Positions 31,303 through 42,158 of a stretch of DNA of 48,648 nt are shown here, piece by piece. The stretch is from contig CACLCV010000005.1 of NCBI GenBank assembly GCA_902605525.1, positions 1 to 48,648 of the forward strand, read 5' to 3'. The DNA is from an uncultured Gammaproteobacteria bacterium. GTDB lineage: Bacteria; Pseudomonadota; Gammaproteobacteria; GCA-002705445; GCA-002716945. The number at the start of each line of letters is the position of its first letter. Positions within the stretch are counted from its first letter, which is position 1. The position numbers and the translations under genes are program-made. The notes beneath the pieces were generated by a model. It saw only the letters and a program-made list of their open reading frames with translations, searched no databases and was not told the DNA's origin.

Positions 31303-33831
31303 ATGTCTGAATATTCACAAATTAAACTTGACGATGAAATGCGTCATTCGTATATAGAATATGCGATGTCGGTCATTGTTGGTAGAGCATTGCCAGACGT
31401 GAGAGATGGGCTAAAACCAGTCCACAGAAGAGTACTTTATTCAATGCATGAACTAAACAATGGCTACAACAAGGCATATAAAAAATCAGCTAGAATTGTA
31501 GGTGATGTTATTGGTAAATATCACCCACATGGCGATACTGCAGTATATGACACAATTGTAAGATTAGCTCAGCCCTTTTCAATGAGATACCCACTGGTTG
31601 ATGGACAAGGTAACTTTGGTTCAATTGATGGAGATTCTCCTGCTGCAATGAGATATACGGAAGTAAGAATGTCTCGTCTATCTCATGAGCTTTTATCTGA
31701 TATAGATAAAAATACTGTGGACTTTAATCCAAATTATGATGGGTCTGAAAATGAACCTACTGTTTTACCCACTAGGATACCTAACTTACTTATAAATGGA
31801 GCATCTGGTATTGCAGTAGGCATGGCTACAAATATTCCACCTCATAACTTGAATGAAGTCGTTGATGGAGTCATAGCTATAATTAATGATCCAAAATTAG
31901 GTCAGGATGATTATATAGAACAATTTATAATTCAAACAGGATTTAAGGGTCCAGACTTTCCCACGGGAGCTGAAATTAAAGATAATGGAGGGATTAATGA
32001 TGCTATAAAAACGGGCCGTGGTTCTTTTAAAATTAGAGCCATTCATTCTATCGAAGAAAAAAAAGATAAAAGCTCTATAGTCATCAATGAACTGCCATAC
32101 CAAGTAAATAAAGCTAAGCTAATTGAATCAATAGCTCTATTAGTTAGAGATAAAAAAATCACAGGTATAAGTCATCTTAGGGATGAATCTGATCGAGATG
32201 GCCTAAGAGTTGTTATTGAACTAAAAAAGGGTGAACAACCTGATGTTATTTTAAGTAGTCTATACAAACAAACTAACTTACAAACTTCATTTTCAGTGAA
32301 TATGGTTTGTCTAGTTGATGGCGAACCTTGCACTATAAGTGTACCAAGAGCTCTGCAAGAGTTTATTAAGCATCGTAGGGAAATCATTACAAGAAGAACA
32401 TTATATCTTTTGAATAAGACATACAGCAAAGCTCATGTACTCGAAGGTCTAAGTATAGCCTTAGATAACATAGATGAAATGATTGATTTGATTAAAAAAT
32501 CAAAATCTACAGATGAAGCTAAGAATAAAATAATAAATAAAACATGGGAAACAGCTAATAACAAATGGGTTCTATCTAAACTAATAAATGACTGTAAAGA
32601 TTTTATGACAGTTGATAATAAAGTTGGATTAAAAGATGAAAAATATAAAATTAGCGAGGAGCAAGCCCAAGCTGTATTAGATATGAAACTTAACAAGTTG
32701 ACAAACTTAGAACAAAACACAATTTTAAATGATTATAATTCTGCTATCGCATCTATTAGAGAATATTTAAGTATCTTATCTAATCCTCAAGAGCTCAATA
32801 ATTTAATGATTGGTGAATTATTAGAGATTAAGGACACATATGGACAAGAACGAAAATCACAAATCTCACAAGATGAAGGTCTTTTAAATAGAGAAGACAT
32901 GATTAAAAAAGAAGATGTTATAGTTGTTCTTACAGATGCGAATTATGTCAAGCGTATGCCAATTACAGAATTTAGAAGTCAAAAACGTGGTGGAAGAGGT
33001 ATAAATGCTGCAAATTTTAAAGAAGGAGATAAGGCAAAGCTACTTGTGTGTGCTCATACCCATGATACGGTACTATGTTTTTCTACCAAGGGCAAAGCGT
33101 TTTCTATAAGGGTATTCGACATACCAGATACTAGTAGACAGGCTAGGGGAAAATCTATAAACAATATTATCCCTCTTGAATCTGATGAATCTATATCAGC
33201 AATATTAGCGATTAAAAATTTTGATGAGGATAGTTATTTATTCTTAACGACAAGAGATGGCATGGTTAATAGAATGTCATTATCGTCATTTAAAAAGGTA
33301 CGTAATAGCGGGCTTAAGGCTATTCTTCTAAAAAGCAGTGATTATTTATTTAACGCATTGCATACGACCGGAAATGATAAAATTATTTTGTCTTCAACAA
33401 GTGGTAAATCCATTATGTTCTCAGAGTCGCAAATAAGAGAAAGATCGAGAGGAACGCAAGGTGTCACAGGCATCAAACTTCCTAGAGGTTCAAAGATTAT
33501 TTCATCACTAAATGTACAATGTAGTCAAGTTATATTTGTTACAGAGAATGGCTTTGGTAATAAAATATCTGTTGATTCGTATAACGAACAAAATAGAGGC
33601 GGGCAAGGGGTCATTTCTATAAAAACTTCAGATCGAAATGGACAGGTTGTGGGTGCCGCAAATTTAGATAATACAGACCACATAATACTAATAACAAATA
33701 AAGGAAAAACAATTAAGATATCAGCCTCTGATATGAAAACAATTAATAGAAATACCCAAGGTGTGCGATTGCAAGATATGTCTGATGATGAGAAAATATC
33801 AGCTGTATCATCTGAACGCGCAAATGATTAA
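31303..33831 (+). CDS. gyrA: DNA gyrase subunit A
   Basis: [26 protein letters not shown], GyrA box QKRGGRG, beta-pinwheel repeats. Confidence 0.98.
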   Translation: MSEYSQIKLDDEMRHSYIEYAMSVIVGRALPDVRDGLKPVHRRVLYSMHELNNGYNKAYKKSARIVGDVIGKYHPHGDTAVYDTIVRLAQPFSMRYPLVDGQGNFGSIDGDSPAAMRYTEVRMSRLSHELLSDIDKNTVDFNPNYDGSENEPTVLPTRIPNLLINGASGIAVGMATNIPPHNLNEVVDGVIAIINDPKLGQDDYIEQFIIQTGFKGPDFPTGAEIKDNGGINDAIKTGRGSFKIRAIHSIEEKKDKSSIVINELPYQVNKAKLIESIALLVRDKKITGISHLRDESDRDGLRVVIELKKGEQPDVILSSLYKQTNLQTSFSVNMVCLVDGEPCTISVPRALQEFIKHRREIITRRTLYLLNKTYSKAHVLEGLSIALDNIDEMIDLIKKSKSTDEAKNKIINKTWETANNKWVLSKLINDCKDFMTVDNKVGLKDEKYKISEEQAQAVLDMKLNKLTNLEQNTILNDYNSAIASIREYLSILSNPQELNNLMIGELLEIKDTYGQERKSQISQDEGLLNREDMIKKEDVIVVLTDANYVKRMPITEFRSQKRGGRGINAANFKEGDKAKLLVCAHTHDTVLCFSTKGKAFSIRVFDIPDTSRQARGKSINNIIPLESDESISAILAIKNFDEDSYLFLTTRDGMVNRMSLSSFKKVRNSGLKAILLKSSDYLFNALHTTGNDKIILSSTSGKSIMFSESQIRERSRGTQGVTGIKLPRGSKIISSLNVQCSQVIFVTENGFGNKISVDSYNEQNRGGQGVISIKTSDRNGQVVGAANLDNTDHIILITNKGKTIKISASDMKTINRNTQGVRLQDMSDDEKISAVSSERAND

Positions 33832-33834
33832 ATA

Positions 33835-34905
33835 ATGCTAAAGAAATTTCGAGCCAATATAGATAAAATAGATAAAAAGTTACTAGATCTTTTGAATCAA
33901 AGAGCAAATATTGCTAAACAAGTTGCTGACTACAAAAAATCATCAAATAATAAAATTATATTTAGACCTGATAGAGAATCTCAAATTATTAAAAGTTTAA
34001 GAACTCTTAATAAAGGGCCTCTTAATGCAGATCATATTCATAATATATACAGGGAAATAATATCATCTTGTCTATCACTTGAAACAAATCTTAATGTCTC
34101 GTTCTTAGGACCAATAGGAACATATAGTGAAATTGCTATGACCAAATTTTTTGGTAGTAGCATTCAAAAAAATAGCAAAAATAATATTCATGAAGTATTT
34201 GATTCTGTTAAAAACAAAACATGTGACTATGGCGTTGTTCCTGTTGAAAACTCAAATCAAGGAAGTATAAAAAGTACTTTAGACTTTCTCATAAAATATA
34301 AAGTTAATATTTGTGGAGAGCAAAATATTCCAATTAAACACTGCTTAATGTCTAAGAGTAGCTCTGTATCTGGTATTAAAAAAATATATGCTCATAATCA
34401 GACTTTATCTCAGTGTAGCTCATGGTTATTAAAAAATTATCCAAATGCTGAATATATAGCCTCAGACAGTAATGCACAAGCTGCCCTTATTGCAAAAAAA
34501 AATAAGAATTCGTCATGCATAGCCAACGAAGTATGCAGTGAACTCTATAAGTTAAAAATCATAGCTAGAAATATCCATGATGTTCATAATAATACAACAC
34601 GTTTCCTAATAATTGGTAACACTGAGGTATCAAAATCTAAAAACGATAAAACTACCTTTATCATGTCGTTACAAAACAAAGCAGGGGCATTAGCAAAAGC
34701 ACTAGATATTTTAGCTAATAATCAGATATCAATGACAAAAATTGAATCTATACCAACAAAAGAGAAAAATTGGGAATACTTATTTTTAATTGATGTCTCA
34801 GGACATATCAGTGAAAAAAAAGTTTACAATGCTCTTACAAAAATTGAATCATTCTCTAGATTTTTTCAGCATCTGGGATCATATCCAAAGAGTATAGATA
34901 AGTGA
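33835..34905 (+). CDS. pheA: Chorismate mutase/prephenate dehydratase (P-protein)
   Basis: N-terminal CM domain (RANIDKID...R), FLGPIGTYSE, PVENS, NTTRF, ACT domain IES-P. Confidence 0.96.
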   Translation: MLKKFRANIDKIDKKLLDLLNQRANIAKQVADYKKSSNNKIIFRPDRESQIIKSLRTLNKGPLNADHIHNIYREIISSCLSLETNLNVSFLGPIGTYSEIAMTKFFGSSIQKNSKNNIHEVFDSVKNKTCDYGVVPVENSNQGSIKSTLDFLIKYKVNICGEQNIPIKHCLMSKSSSVSGIKKIYAHNQTLSQCSSWLLKNYPNAEYIASDSNAQAALIAKKNKNSSCIANEVCSELYKLKIIARNIHDVHNNTTRFLIIGNTEVSKSKNDKTTFIMSLQNKAGALAKALDILANNQISMTKIESIPTKEKNWEYLFLIDVSGHISEKKVYNALTKIESFSRFFQHLGSYPKSIDK

Positions 34906-36005
34906 GGTTAAAAAATATAAAAAAATATACGCCTGGATTCAATATTCATGATATCCAAAAAAAATATAATTTAAAGAAAGTCATTAAGCTTGCTTCAAAC
35001 GAAAACCCTTTTATTTCAAAAGATGTTTTAACTTTTATTAAAAAATCAAATCATAAATTAAATCTTTATCCAGATAGTAATCCTGATGAGCTTCACAGAT
35101 TACTAGCAAATACAATTGGACATAGGATGACTTCAAACAATGTTATTCTGGGTAATGGTAGCAATGAAATTCTTGAATTTATTGTCAGAGCAAATGTGGA
35201 TAATAAATCTGAAGTGATTATTCCAAAACATTCATTTCTAGTGTATGAAATTATATCGAAACTTCAAAATGCAAAAATAATTATATCAAAACCAGATAAT
35301 GATAAAGCCTCAGAAAATTATTTAGGCATTAACTTGGAATCAGTTAAAGGAAAGATTACAAAAAAAACTAAATTAATATTTATTGCTAATCCTGCAAACC
35401 CAACTGGAACATACATTAAGTTATCAGAAATTGACAACTTTCTTCAGTTAGTACCTAAAAACATCTCTGTAATTATTGATGAAGCATACTATGAGTATTT
35501 AAATCCAAAAATTAATAAATCCGCGGTCAGTCTAATCAGAAAATATAAAAATTTATATGTAACAAGATCATTTTCTAAAATATACGGCTTAGCATCCTTA
35601 AGAGTTGGCTATGGTATCTCATCACAAGAAAACATATCTAAATTAAAAACTTATAAACAACCATTTAATAGTAATCTATTTGCGCAAAAGGCCGCACTAC
35701 TAGCCTTAAAAGATTTTATGTTTACGCGTGCAAGCAAGGAGAATAATGATATTGCTAGGATTAAACTCACCGATTTGTTCAATGAGTTATCGATTGATTA
35801 TTTAGGAACCTACTGTAATTTTATTACCTTTAGAGCCGGCAGACAATCTAAACAATTATTTGAATATCTGCTCAAAAAAGGAGTAATAGTTAGGCCTTTG
35901 ACTAATTATGGACTTACAGATTACCTTCGTGTTTCATTAGGAACTCCCATTGATAATAATGTTTTTATAAAACATATGAAGTCGTTTTATAGTGATAAAA
36001 TATAA
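34902..36005 (+). CDS. hisC: Histidinol-phosphate/aromatic aminotransferase
   Basis: KLASNENP, GNGSNE, NPANPTG, DEAY, RSFSKIYGLASLRVGY; GTG start. Confidence 0.93.
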   Translation: MRLKNIKKYTPGFNIHDIQKKYNLKKVIKLASNENPFISKDVLTFIKKSNHKLNLYPDSNPDELHRLLANTIGHRMTSNNVILGNGSNEILEFIVRANVDNKSEVIIPKHSFLVYEIISKLQNAKIIISKPDNDKASENYLGINLESVKGKITKKTKLIFIANPANPTGTYIKLSEIDNFLQLVPKNISVIIDEAYYEYLNPKINKSAVSLIRKYKNLYVTRSFSKIYGLASLRVGYGISSQENISKLKTYKQPFNSNLFAQKAALLALKDFMFTRASKENNDIARIKLTDLFNELSIDYLGTYCNFITFRAGRQSKQLFEYLLKKGVIVRPLTNYGLTDYLRVSLGTPIDNNVFIKHMKSFYSDKI

Positions 36006-36840
36006 CAATATACTTATTATAGGCCTTGGCATGATGGGAGCTTCATTATGCAAGTCAATTAAAAAAAATAAAATATCGAAGAAAATAACTGGTTTAGATA
36101 CTAACTCTAAATCTTTAGATTATGCTTTAAAAAATAAAATAATAGATAATGCTACATCTAAAATACGTCATATTGATCACCCTGATTTAATTATATTATG
36201 TACACCTATAAGTTCGTATGAAGAACTTACTTTGAAGTTGAGTAAGATAATAACAAAAAAATCTATACTTACAGATATTGGAAGTTCTAAGGGTAAGATG
36301 CATAATAATATTTATAAAATATTATCAAAAACAAAAATAAGTTATTTAAGTTCTCATCCGATGGTAGGATCTGAGAAATCTGGTGTTCGAAATAACCAAT
36401 TAGATATGTATAAAGATAAAATTATTTTTCTAATCGACAAACCTAAATGTAATGATTCTACATATAAATCATTAAATAACTTTTGGAAATCATTAGGAGC
36501 ATTTACCTATAACTTGACAAAGAATCAACATGACACTTTAATGTCACAGACAAGCCATATCTCACATTTAATGTCTTATATCTTTATGCAGTCATTACCT
36601 CAATCAATTATAAATAATAATTTATCATTACTCCTCGGAGGTGGTATAAAGGAGCATGTTAGGCTTAGCAAAAGTGACCCCAAGATGTGGACAGATATAT
36701 TTATAAATAATAAATCTAATTTAATAAAGTCTATCAACCGCATTGAAAAAAATATTTCAAATCTAAAAAAAATGATATCAGAATCGGATGTAAATAAAAT
36801 AAAACGTCTTTTAAGTAAAATACAAGCAAAAACTAAATGA
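35992..36840 (+). CDS. tyrA: Prephenate/arogenate (cyclohexadienyl) dehydrogenase
   Basis: GLGMMGAS, TDIGSSK, HPMVGSE, HD...SH.SH, MWTDI; GTG start. Confidence 0.92.
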   Translation: MIKYNNILIIGLGMMGASLCKSIKKNKISKKITGLDTNSKSLDYALKNKIIDNATSKIRHIDHPDLIILCTPISSYEELTLKLSKIITKKSILTDIGSSKGKMHNNIYKILSKTKISYLSSHPMVGSEKSGVRNNQLDMYKDKIIFLIDKPKCNDSTYKSLNNFWKSLGAFTYNLTKNQHDTLMSQTSHISHLMSYIFMQSLPQSIINNNLSLLLGGGIKEHVRLSKSDPKMWTDIFINNKSNLIKSINRIEKNISNLKKMISESDVNKIKRLLSKIQAKTK

Positions 36841-38141
36841 GCTCCTCGAATAATCTGATTGTTAACAAGTCTAAACCATTTCTCGGTGAGATAATTATTC
36901 CCGGTGATAAATCTATTTCACATAGAAGTATAATTCTAGGTTCCTTAGCTAAGGGAAAACTTACAATAACTAACTTTCTTAAATCTGATGACTGTCTTCA
37001 AACAATTTCTGCTATGAGAAGTCTTGGGGCTAAAATTACAAACTTTAATGAACAAATAATAATAGAAGGAATAGGTCTTGATAATATTAAAAAGCCAAAT
37101 AAAATTATAGATGCTGGGAATTCTGGAACTCTTATTCGACTGTTAACTGGTATTCTTTCTGTTCAAAACTTTAGTTCGACTATCACTGGAGATGAATCAC
37201 TTAATTCAAGGCCAATGAGGAGAATTATAAGTCCACTAGTTGCGCACGGAGCAATGATAGATTCGAATAATTTTAAAGCTCCTTTAAAAGTTATAGGTAA
37301 TACAAAACTTTCGCCTATATGTTATAAACAGGATGTAGCAAGTGCTCAGGTAAAATCATGCTTGATGTTAGCTGCCTTATTTATAAAGGGAGAATCAAAA
37401 TTTTATGAGGACATTGTTACACGTGATCATACTGAAAACTTACTTGAATATTTAGGCTATGATATTTACAAATCTGAACATGAAATTAGCTTTAAAGGTT
37501 GTCAAACTCTCTTAGCTAAAGATATAAATATTGGCTCTGATATTTCATCAGCTGCATTTTTTATTGTTGCTGCACTAATATTAAAAAATTCTGAAATCAA
37601 AATTCCTAATATAAACATAAATAAGTATAGAGTTGGTATTATAACTGTTCTAAAAAAAATGGGTGCTAATATATCTATAATCAATAAACGACTTGATTCA
37701 AATGAAGAAATAGGAGATCTAATAATTAAATCAAGTCATCTTAAATCCTTAAATATAGGTGGCGAAATAATATCAACATTAATAGATGAATTACCTATAC
37801 TATTTATTGCATGTGCTGTTTCGTCAGGAATTTCTAAAATATCTGGTATAGAAGAATTAAGATATAAAGAGAGCGATAGGATTAAATCAATGGAAGAAGG
37901 ATTAAATGCAGTGGGAATTAAAGCTACATCAACAATTGATTCAATCGAAATAAATGGCGGGGAAATATTGGGTGGTAAAATAAATAGTTACGGTGATCAT
38001 CGAATTGCTATGGCATTTGCGATAGCTGCACTAATCTCAAAAAAATCTATTACTATTATTGATACAAAAAATATCTCTACATCATTTCCGAACTTTATTG
38101 ATCTAATGAGAGAACAAAGAGCTGATATTTATGAACTTTAA
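36837..38141 (+). CDS. aroA: EPSP synthase (class II)
   Basis: PGDKSISHR, GNSGT, RPM, SAQVKS, RDHTE, ELRYKESDRI, DHRIAM. Confidence 0.98.
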   Translation: MSSSNNLIVNKSKPFLGEIIIPGDKSISHRSIILGSLAKGKLTITNFLKSDDCLQTISAMRSLGAKITNFNEQIIIEGIGLDNIKKPNKIIDAGNSGTLIRLLTGILSVQNFSSTITGDESLNSRPMRRIISPLVAHGAMIDSNNFKAPLKVIGNTKLSPICYKQDVASAQVKSCLMLAALFIKGESKFYEDIVTRDHTENLLEYLGYDIYKSEHEISFKGCQTLLAKDINIGSDISSAAFFIVAALILKNSEIKIPNININKYRVGIITVLKKMGANISIINKRLDSNEEIGDLIIKSSHLKSLNIGGEIISTLIDELPILFIACAVSSGISKISGIEELRYKESDRIKSMEEGLNAVGIKATSTIDSIEINGGEILGGKINSYGDHRIAMAFAIAALISKKSITIIDTKNISTSFPNFIDLMREQRADIYEL

Positions 38142-38811
38142 TCCTACTTATATAATTACTATTGATGGTACTAGTAGTTCAGGAAAATCCACAATATCGA
38201 GATTACTTGCAAAAAAGCTAAACTTTAAATTATTAGATAGTGGTAAATTATATAGGTCAGCAGGTTATATTGCATGTGACATCTATGATTCACTTGACTC
38301 GATCAAAGACTACCCCGGATTAGTATCTAAAATTTCATTAAAACCAAATATCAACTCTCATGAATTTGAAGTCTATTATAAAAATAAAATAATTGACTCT
38401 CTTCTCTATGACGAAAATATTGGTTTAGCTGCATCAATAGTTTCAAAAGTGCCTCAAGTTCGGGAAAGTATGTATAACCTTCAACATTCTTGCGTTCAAG
38501 GCAATGGCCTAATTGCAAATGGTCGAGATATGGGTACGGAAGTATTTAAAGATGCACAATTGAAAATATACATTACTGCGGAAATTAATATAAGAGCAAG
38601 AAGAAGATTTGAAGAACTTATAGATAAAGGCGATGATGTCCACTATCAGGATATATATAATTCTCTCAAGAAAAGAGATGATAGCGATATAAATAGAGAC
38701 ATATCACCCCTTAAAATACCTAATAATGCACATATATTAGATACTTCTCACCTAAAACCTGATGCAATTGTTGATAAAATATTAAATTTGTATACTATTA
38801 CAAACAATTAA
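38131..38811 (+). CDS. cmk: Cytidylate kinase
   Basis: IDGTSSSGKST, DSGKLYR, GRDMGT, RD..D..R..SPL. Confidence 0.95.
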   Translation: MNFNPTYIITIDGTSSSGKSTISRLLAKKLNFKLLDSGKLYRSAGYIACDIYDSLDSIKDYPGLVSKISLKPNINSHEFEVYYKNKIIDSLLYDENIGLAASIVSKVPQVRESMYNLQHSCVQGNGLIANGRDMGTEVFKDAQLKIYITAEINIRARRRFEELIDKGDDVHYQDIYNSLKKRDDSDINRDISPLKIPNNAHILDTSHLKPDAIVDKILNLYTITNN

Positions 38812-38824
38812 TTGAATATAACAT

Positions 38825-40399
38825 ATGACTACAACATCAGAATTTGAACAACTACTAGAATCAAATATCTCACAACTAAATATGAATGTCGGAGAAATTA
38901 TTCCTGCAACCGTCATAGATATTAAAAATGACTTCGTTATCACAAATGCAGGTCTGAAATCCGAAGGTATAATTCCAAAAAGTCAGTTTATAAATTCGAA
39001 TGGAGAGTTGGAAGTTGCTATTGGAGATGTAGTTGAAGTTACTCTTGATTTAGTTGAGGACGGATATGGAGAAACAATCATGTCCAGAGATAAGGCTAAA
39101 CGGAAAAAAGTTTGGTCAACATTAGAAGGATTATTAAAAAGCCAAGAAATCGTTCCAGGTAAAGTTTGTGGAAAAGTCAAAGGTGGGTTTACTGTTGAGC
39201 TAATGGATGTAAAAGCATTTCTTCCAGGATCACTTGTTGATGTAAGGCCAACCAAAGAAACTGATTATCTAGAAGGTAAAACTTTAGACTTTAAAATTAT
39301 CAAAATGGACAAGATTAGAAATAATATCGTCTTATCAAGAAAGGCAGTATTATTGGATCAAAATTCAAGTTCTGAAGAAATAAAAGAAAAATACGCAGAA
39401 GGAAATGTTACCAAAGGGTTTGTTAAGAATTTAACAGATTACGGTGCTTTTATTGATTTGGGAGGCATGGATGGTTTACTTCATATCACTGATATATCTT
39501 GGAAACGTATTAATCATCCTCAAGAAATATTAAAAGTTGGGGATGAGATTGATGTTAAGGTTCTCAAATTTGATGATGAAAAAAACAGAGTGAGCCTTGG
39601 AATGAAACAACTTACTGATGACCCTTGGGATAAAGTTGAAGGAAATATTGAGCTTGATGCTACATACGAAAGTAAAGTTGTAAACATCGCTGATTATGGT
39701 GTATTCGTTGATCTTGGAGATAGTATTGAAGGATTGATCAGAACGTCTGAGCTTGATTGGACTAATAAAAATATAAGTCCTAAAAAAGTACTCAACCTCG
39801 GAGATAAGATAAATGTTAAGGTCATTGAGATTGATGATGAAAAAAGAAGATTGTCTCTGAGTTATAAACAATGCTTGCCAAATCCATGGTCAGATTTTTC
39901 GTCTCGACATAACAAAGACGATGTCATTAAAAGTGAGATTAAATCTATAACAGATTTTGGTATTTTTGTTGGTCTAGAAGGGGGCATTGATGGATTGGTT
40001 CACATATCTGATGTCACAAACCTTGGTAAACCTGAGGATTTTATTCGTACATATAAAAAAGGTGATGTGATAGAGACAATTGTTCTATCCATAGATGCTG
40101 AAAGAGAGAGGATATCTCTAGGGCTAAAGCAGTTTATTGAATCAAATTTTAATTCTCTCACGGATAGTATTGAAGTCGGTTCTGAGATGTCTGCTGATAT
40201 AGTTAGTATTTCTGATACTGGTGTATATCTGAAATTAAAAAATAATCTCAATGGTACACTTAAGCTTCTTCAAAAAGAACTTCGTGAAATATTAGAAAAT
40301 AATACGTTACAAGTAGCTCAATCTATAAAATGCAACATAAAATCAATTGATAAGAAAAGCTTTCAAGTGATTTGTACTTTATCAAGTGATAGTAAATAA
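38825..40399 (+). CDS. rpsA: 30S ribosomal protein S1
   Basis: Repeated S1 domains (AFLPGSLVD, YGAFIDLGGMDGLLHITD, FGIFVGLEGGIDGLVHISD); sixth domain divergent. Confidence 0.98.
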   Translation: MTTTSEFEQLLESNISQLNMNVGEIIPATVIDIKNDFVITNAGLKSEGIIPKSQFINSNGELEVAIGDVVEVTLDLVEDGYGETIMSRDKAKRKKVWSTLEGLLKSQEIVPGKVCGKVKGGFTVELMDVKAFLPGSLVDVRPTKETDYLEGKTLDFKIIKMDKIRNNIVLSRKAVLLDQNSSSEEIKEKYAEGNVTKGFVKNLTDYGAFIDLGGMDGLLHITDISWKRINHPQEILKVGDEIDVKVLKFDDEKNRVSLGMKQLTDDPWDKVEGNIELDATYESKVVNIADYGVFVDLGDSIEGLIRTSELDWTNKNISPKKVLNLGDKINVKVIEIDDEKRRLSLSYKQCLPNPWSDFSSRHNKDDVIKSEIKSITDFGIFVGLEGGIDGLVHISDVTNLGKPEDFIRTYKKGDVIETIVLSIDAERERISLGLKQFIESNFNSLTDSIEVGSEMSADIVSISDTGVYLKLKNNLNGTLKLLQKELREILENNTLQVAQSIKCNIKSIDKKSFQVICTLSSDSK

Positions 40400-40670
40400 A
40401 TCTGATATAATTAATCTTGTATCTGAGAAAAACAGTCTTAGTCTAGCTGATACTGAATATTCTATAAAAAAACTCATTGATTATATGGGTTCGAACCTAT
40501 ATTCGGGCAATAGAATTGAAATTAGAGGTTTTGGTACATTTTGTCTTCACACTCATAAGTCACGCATAGCTAGAAACCCTAAAACGGGTGATAAGATTGC
40601 GCTAGAGAGAAGGAACACTGTGCATTTCAAACCTAGCAAAGAACTCAAGTCTAGAGTTAATAATATATAA
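40386..40670 (+). CDS. ihfB: Integration host factor beta subunit
   Basis: RIEIRGFGTF, RNPKTG, HFKPSKELK; follows rpsA. Confidence 0.93.
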   Translation: MIVNKSDIINLVSEKNSLSLADTEYSIKKLIDYMGSNLYSGNRIEIRGFGTFCLHTHKSRIARNPKTGDKIALERRNTVHFKPSKELKSRVNNI

Positions 40671-40707
40671 TCTATTCAATTTCGTTAAATTACATTAGAA
40701 TGTAGAT

Positions 40708-41004
40708 ATGGGTAGACTGTTTTTTCTAATATTCACATCTATATTGATTATAATTTCAGTTGTAATATCAACTTATAACTTTAAAGTTACAGAGATTAAC
40801 TTATATTTACAAACCTATGAACTACCTTTATCTATTATAATTCTATATTCTTTTATAGCGGGAGTAGTAACAACATCTATATATCTTATTGCTACAATCT
40901 TCTCATACAAAAAAAAATATCGTGAAATGAAGATTTCACTCCAGAATAACCAAGAGGAACTTGATAATCTTAGAAGAAATCCATTAAGAGATGGAACTGA
41001 ATGA
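40708..41004 (+). CDS. lapA: Lipopolysaccharide assembly protein A-like
   Basis: Two TM helices plus C-terminal coiled coil; ihfB-lapA-lapB-pyrF synteny. Confidence 0.75.
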   Translation: MGRLFFLIFTSILIIISVVISTYNFKVTEINLYLQTYELPLSIIILYSFIAGVVTTSIYLIATIFSYKKKYREMKISLQNNQEELDNLRRNPLRDGTE

Positions 41005-42158
41005 TAGAAATTTTTATTATACTTATTGTTATATTTTTGCTTTTTATTTTTCTAACAACCAGGAAATATCAAAAAGAAAGCTTATCAAATAACGTATATA
41101 GTGCGGAATACTATCGCGGACTTAACTACCTTTTAAATGATGAAGATGATAAAGCTCTAAAAATATTTACAGATCTTATAGATGTAGATAGCTCTACAAT
41201 CGAAACACACTTAGCATTAGGAGGTGTCTATAGAAGAAGAGGAGAATTTGACAAGGCCATCTTGATACATCAAAATTTATTATCAAGACCAAAATTAGAT
41301 AGAGGTATTAAAAATCAAACTCTTTATGAGCTTGGTAAAGATTTTTTCTCTGCAGGCCTTTATGATAAATCTGAAAAAATACTCCATAACTTACAAAATA
41401 ATAAATCATATGAAGAATCATGTTTAGAATATCTCTTGTTGATATATGAACTTTCAAAAGATTGGGACAGTGCTATTAAATTAACTAAAAATATTAAAAA
41501 GCAGAAAATAAGAAATATCTCAATTAATGATTTAATCTCACAATACTATTGTGAAAAAGCAAATGAGTATCAAAAAGATAATCAATTAAACAAAGCTATT
41601 ACGGTATTAAGAAAAGCAATTAATATTAATGATTCTAGTAGAAGACCATATTCAATGCTGTTTAAATTAAATGTTCAATCTAACCCAAGTAACGCTTTGG
41701 ATAATCTTCTTAGTCTTGTACGAATAGATTCGTCATTTCTAGTAATATTATCAAATGAGATAATTGAATTATCTACTATCCACCAAGACAAAGAGATTGA
41801 TAAAAGGATTTCTGATATTATTCTTCAATTCTCTAACGAAAATCAATTTTCACCTCAAATTTATGAATTTATGTTCAATATTAATGGTTATTCATCACCA
41901 GATGAATATATAAATAGAACTAGTAATAACGTATTTACAGATATATTTGATAATTTATACTCGCATAAGAGCATGATTAGTAATGAGTCGAAAACTAATT
42001 TAGATTTACTAAGCCTCATTAGCGAAAATTTCCTAACATATAACTGTAGTAATTGTGGGCACTCCGTAAGAAATCATATATGGCAATGTCCATCATGTAA
42101 TCATTGGGAAACATTTAAGCCTAATACAATCAGTGATAGGGTAGCTATTAATGATTGA
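41001..42158 (+). CDS. lapB: Lipopolysaccharide assembly protein B
   Basis: N-terminal TM helix, YYRGLNYLL, ETHLALG..RRRGE.DKAI.IHQNL TPRs, rubredoxin CSNCG...WQCPSC. Confidence 0.94.
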   Translation: MIEIFIILIVIFLLFIFLTTRKYQKESLSNNVYSAEYYRGLNYLLNDEDDKALKIFTDLIDVDSSTIETHLALGGVYRRRGEFDKAILIHQNLLSRPKLDRGIKNQTLYELGKDFFSAGLYDKSEKILHNLQNNKSYEESCLEYLLLIYELSKDWDSAIKLTKNIKKQKIRNISINDLISQYYCEKANEYQKDNQLNKAITVLRKAININDSSRRPYSMLFKLNVQSNPSNALDNLLSLVRIDSSFLVILSNEIIELSTIHQDKEIDKRISDIILQFSNENQFSPQIYEFMFNINGYSSPDEYINRTSNNVFTDIFDNLYSHKSMISNESKTNLDLLSLISENFLTYNCSNCGHSVRNHIWQCPSCNHWETFKPNTISDRVAIND

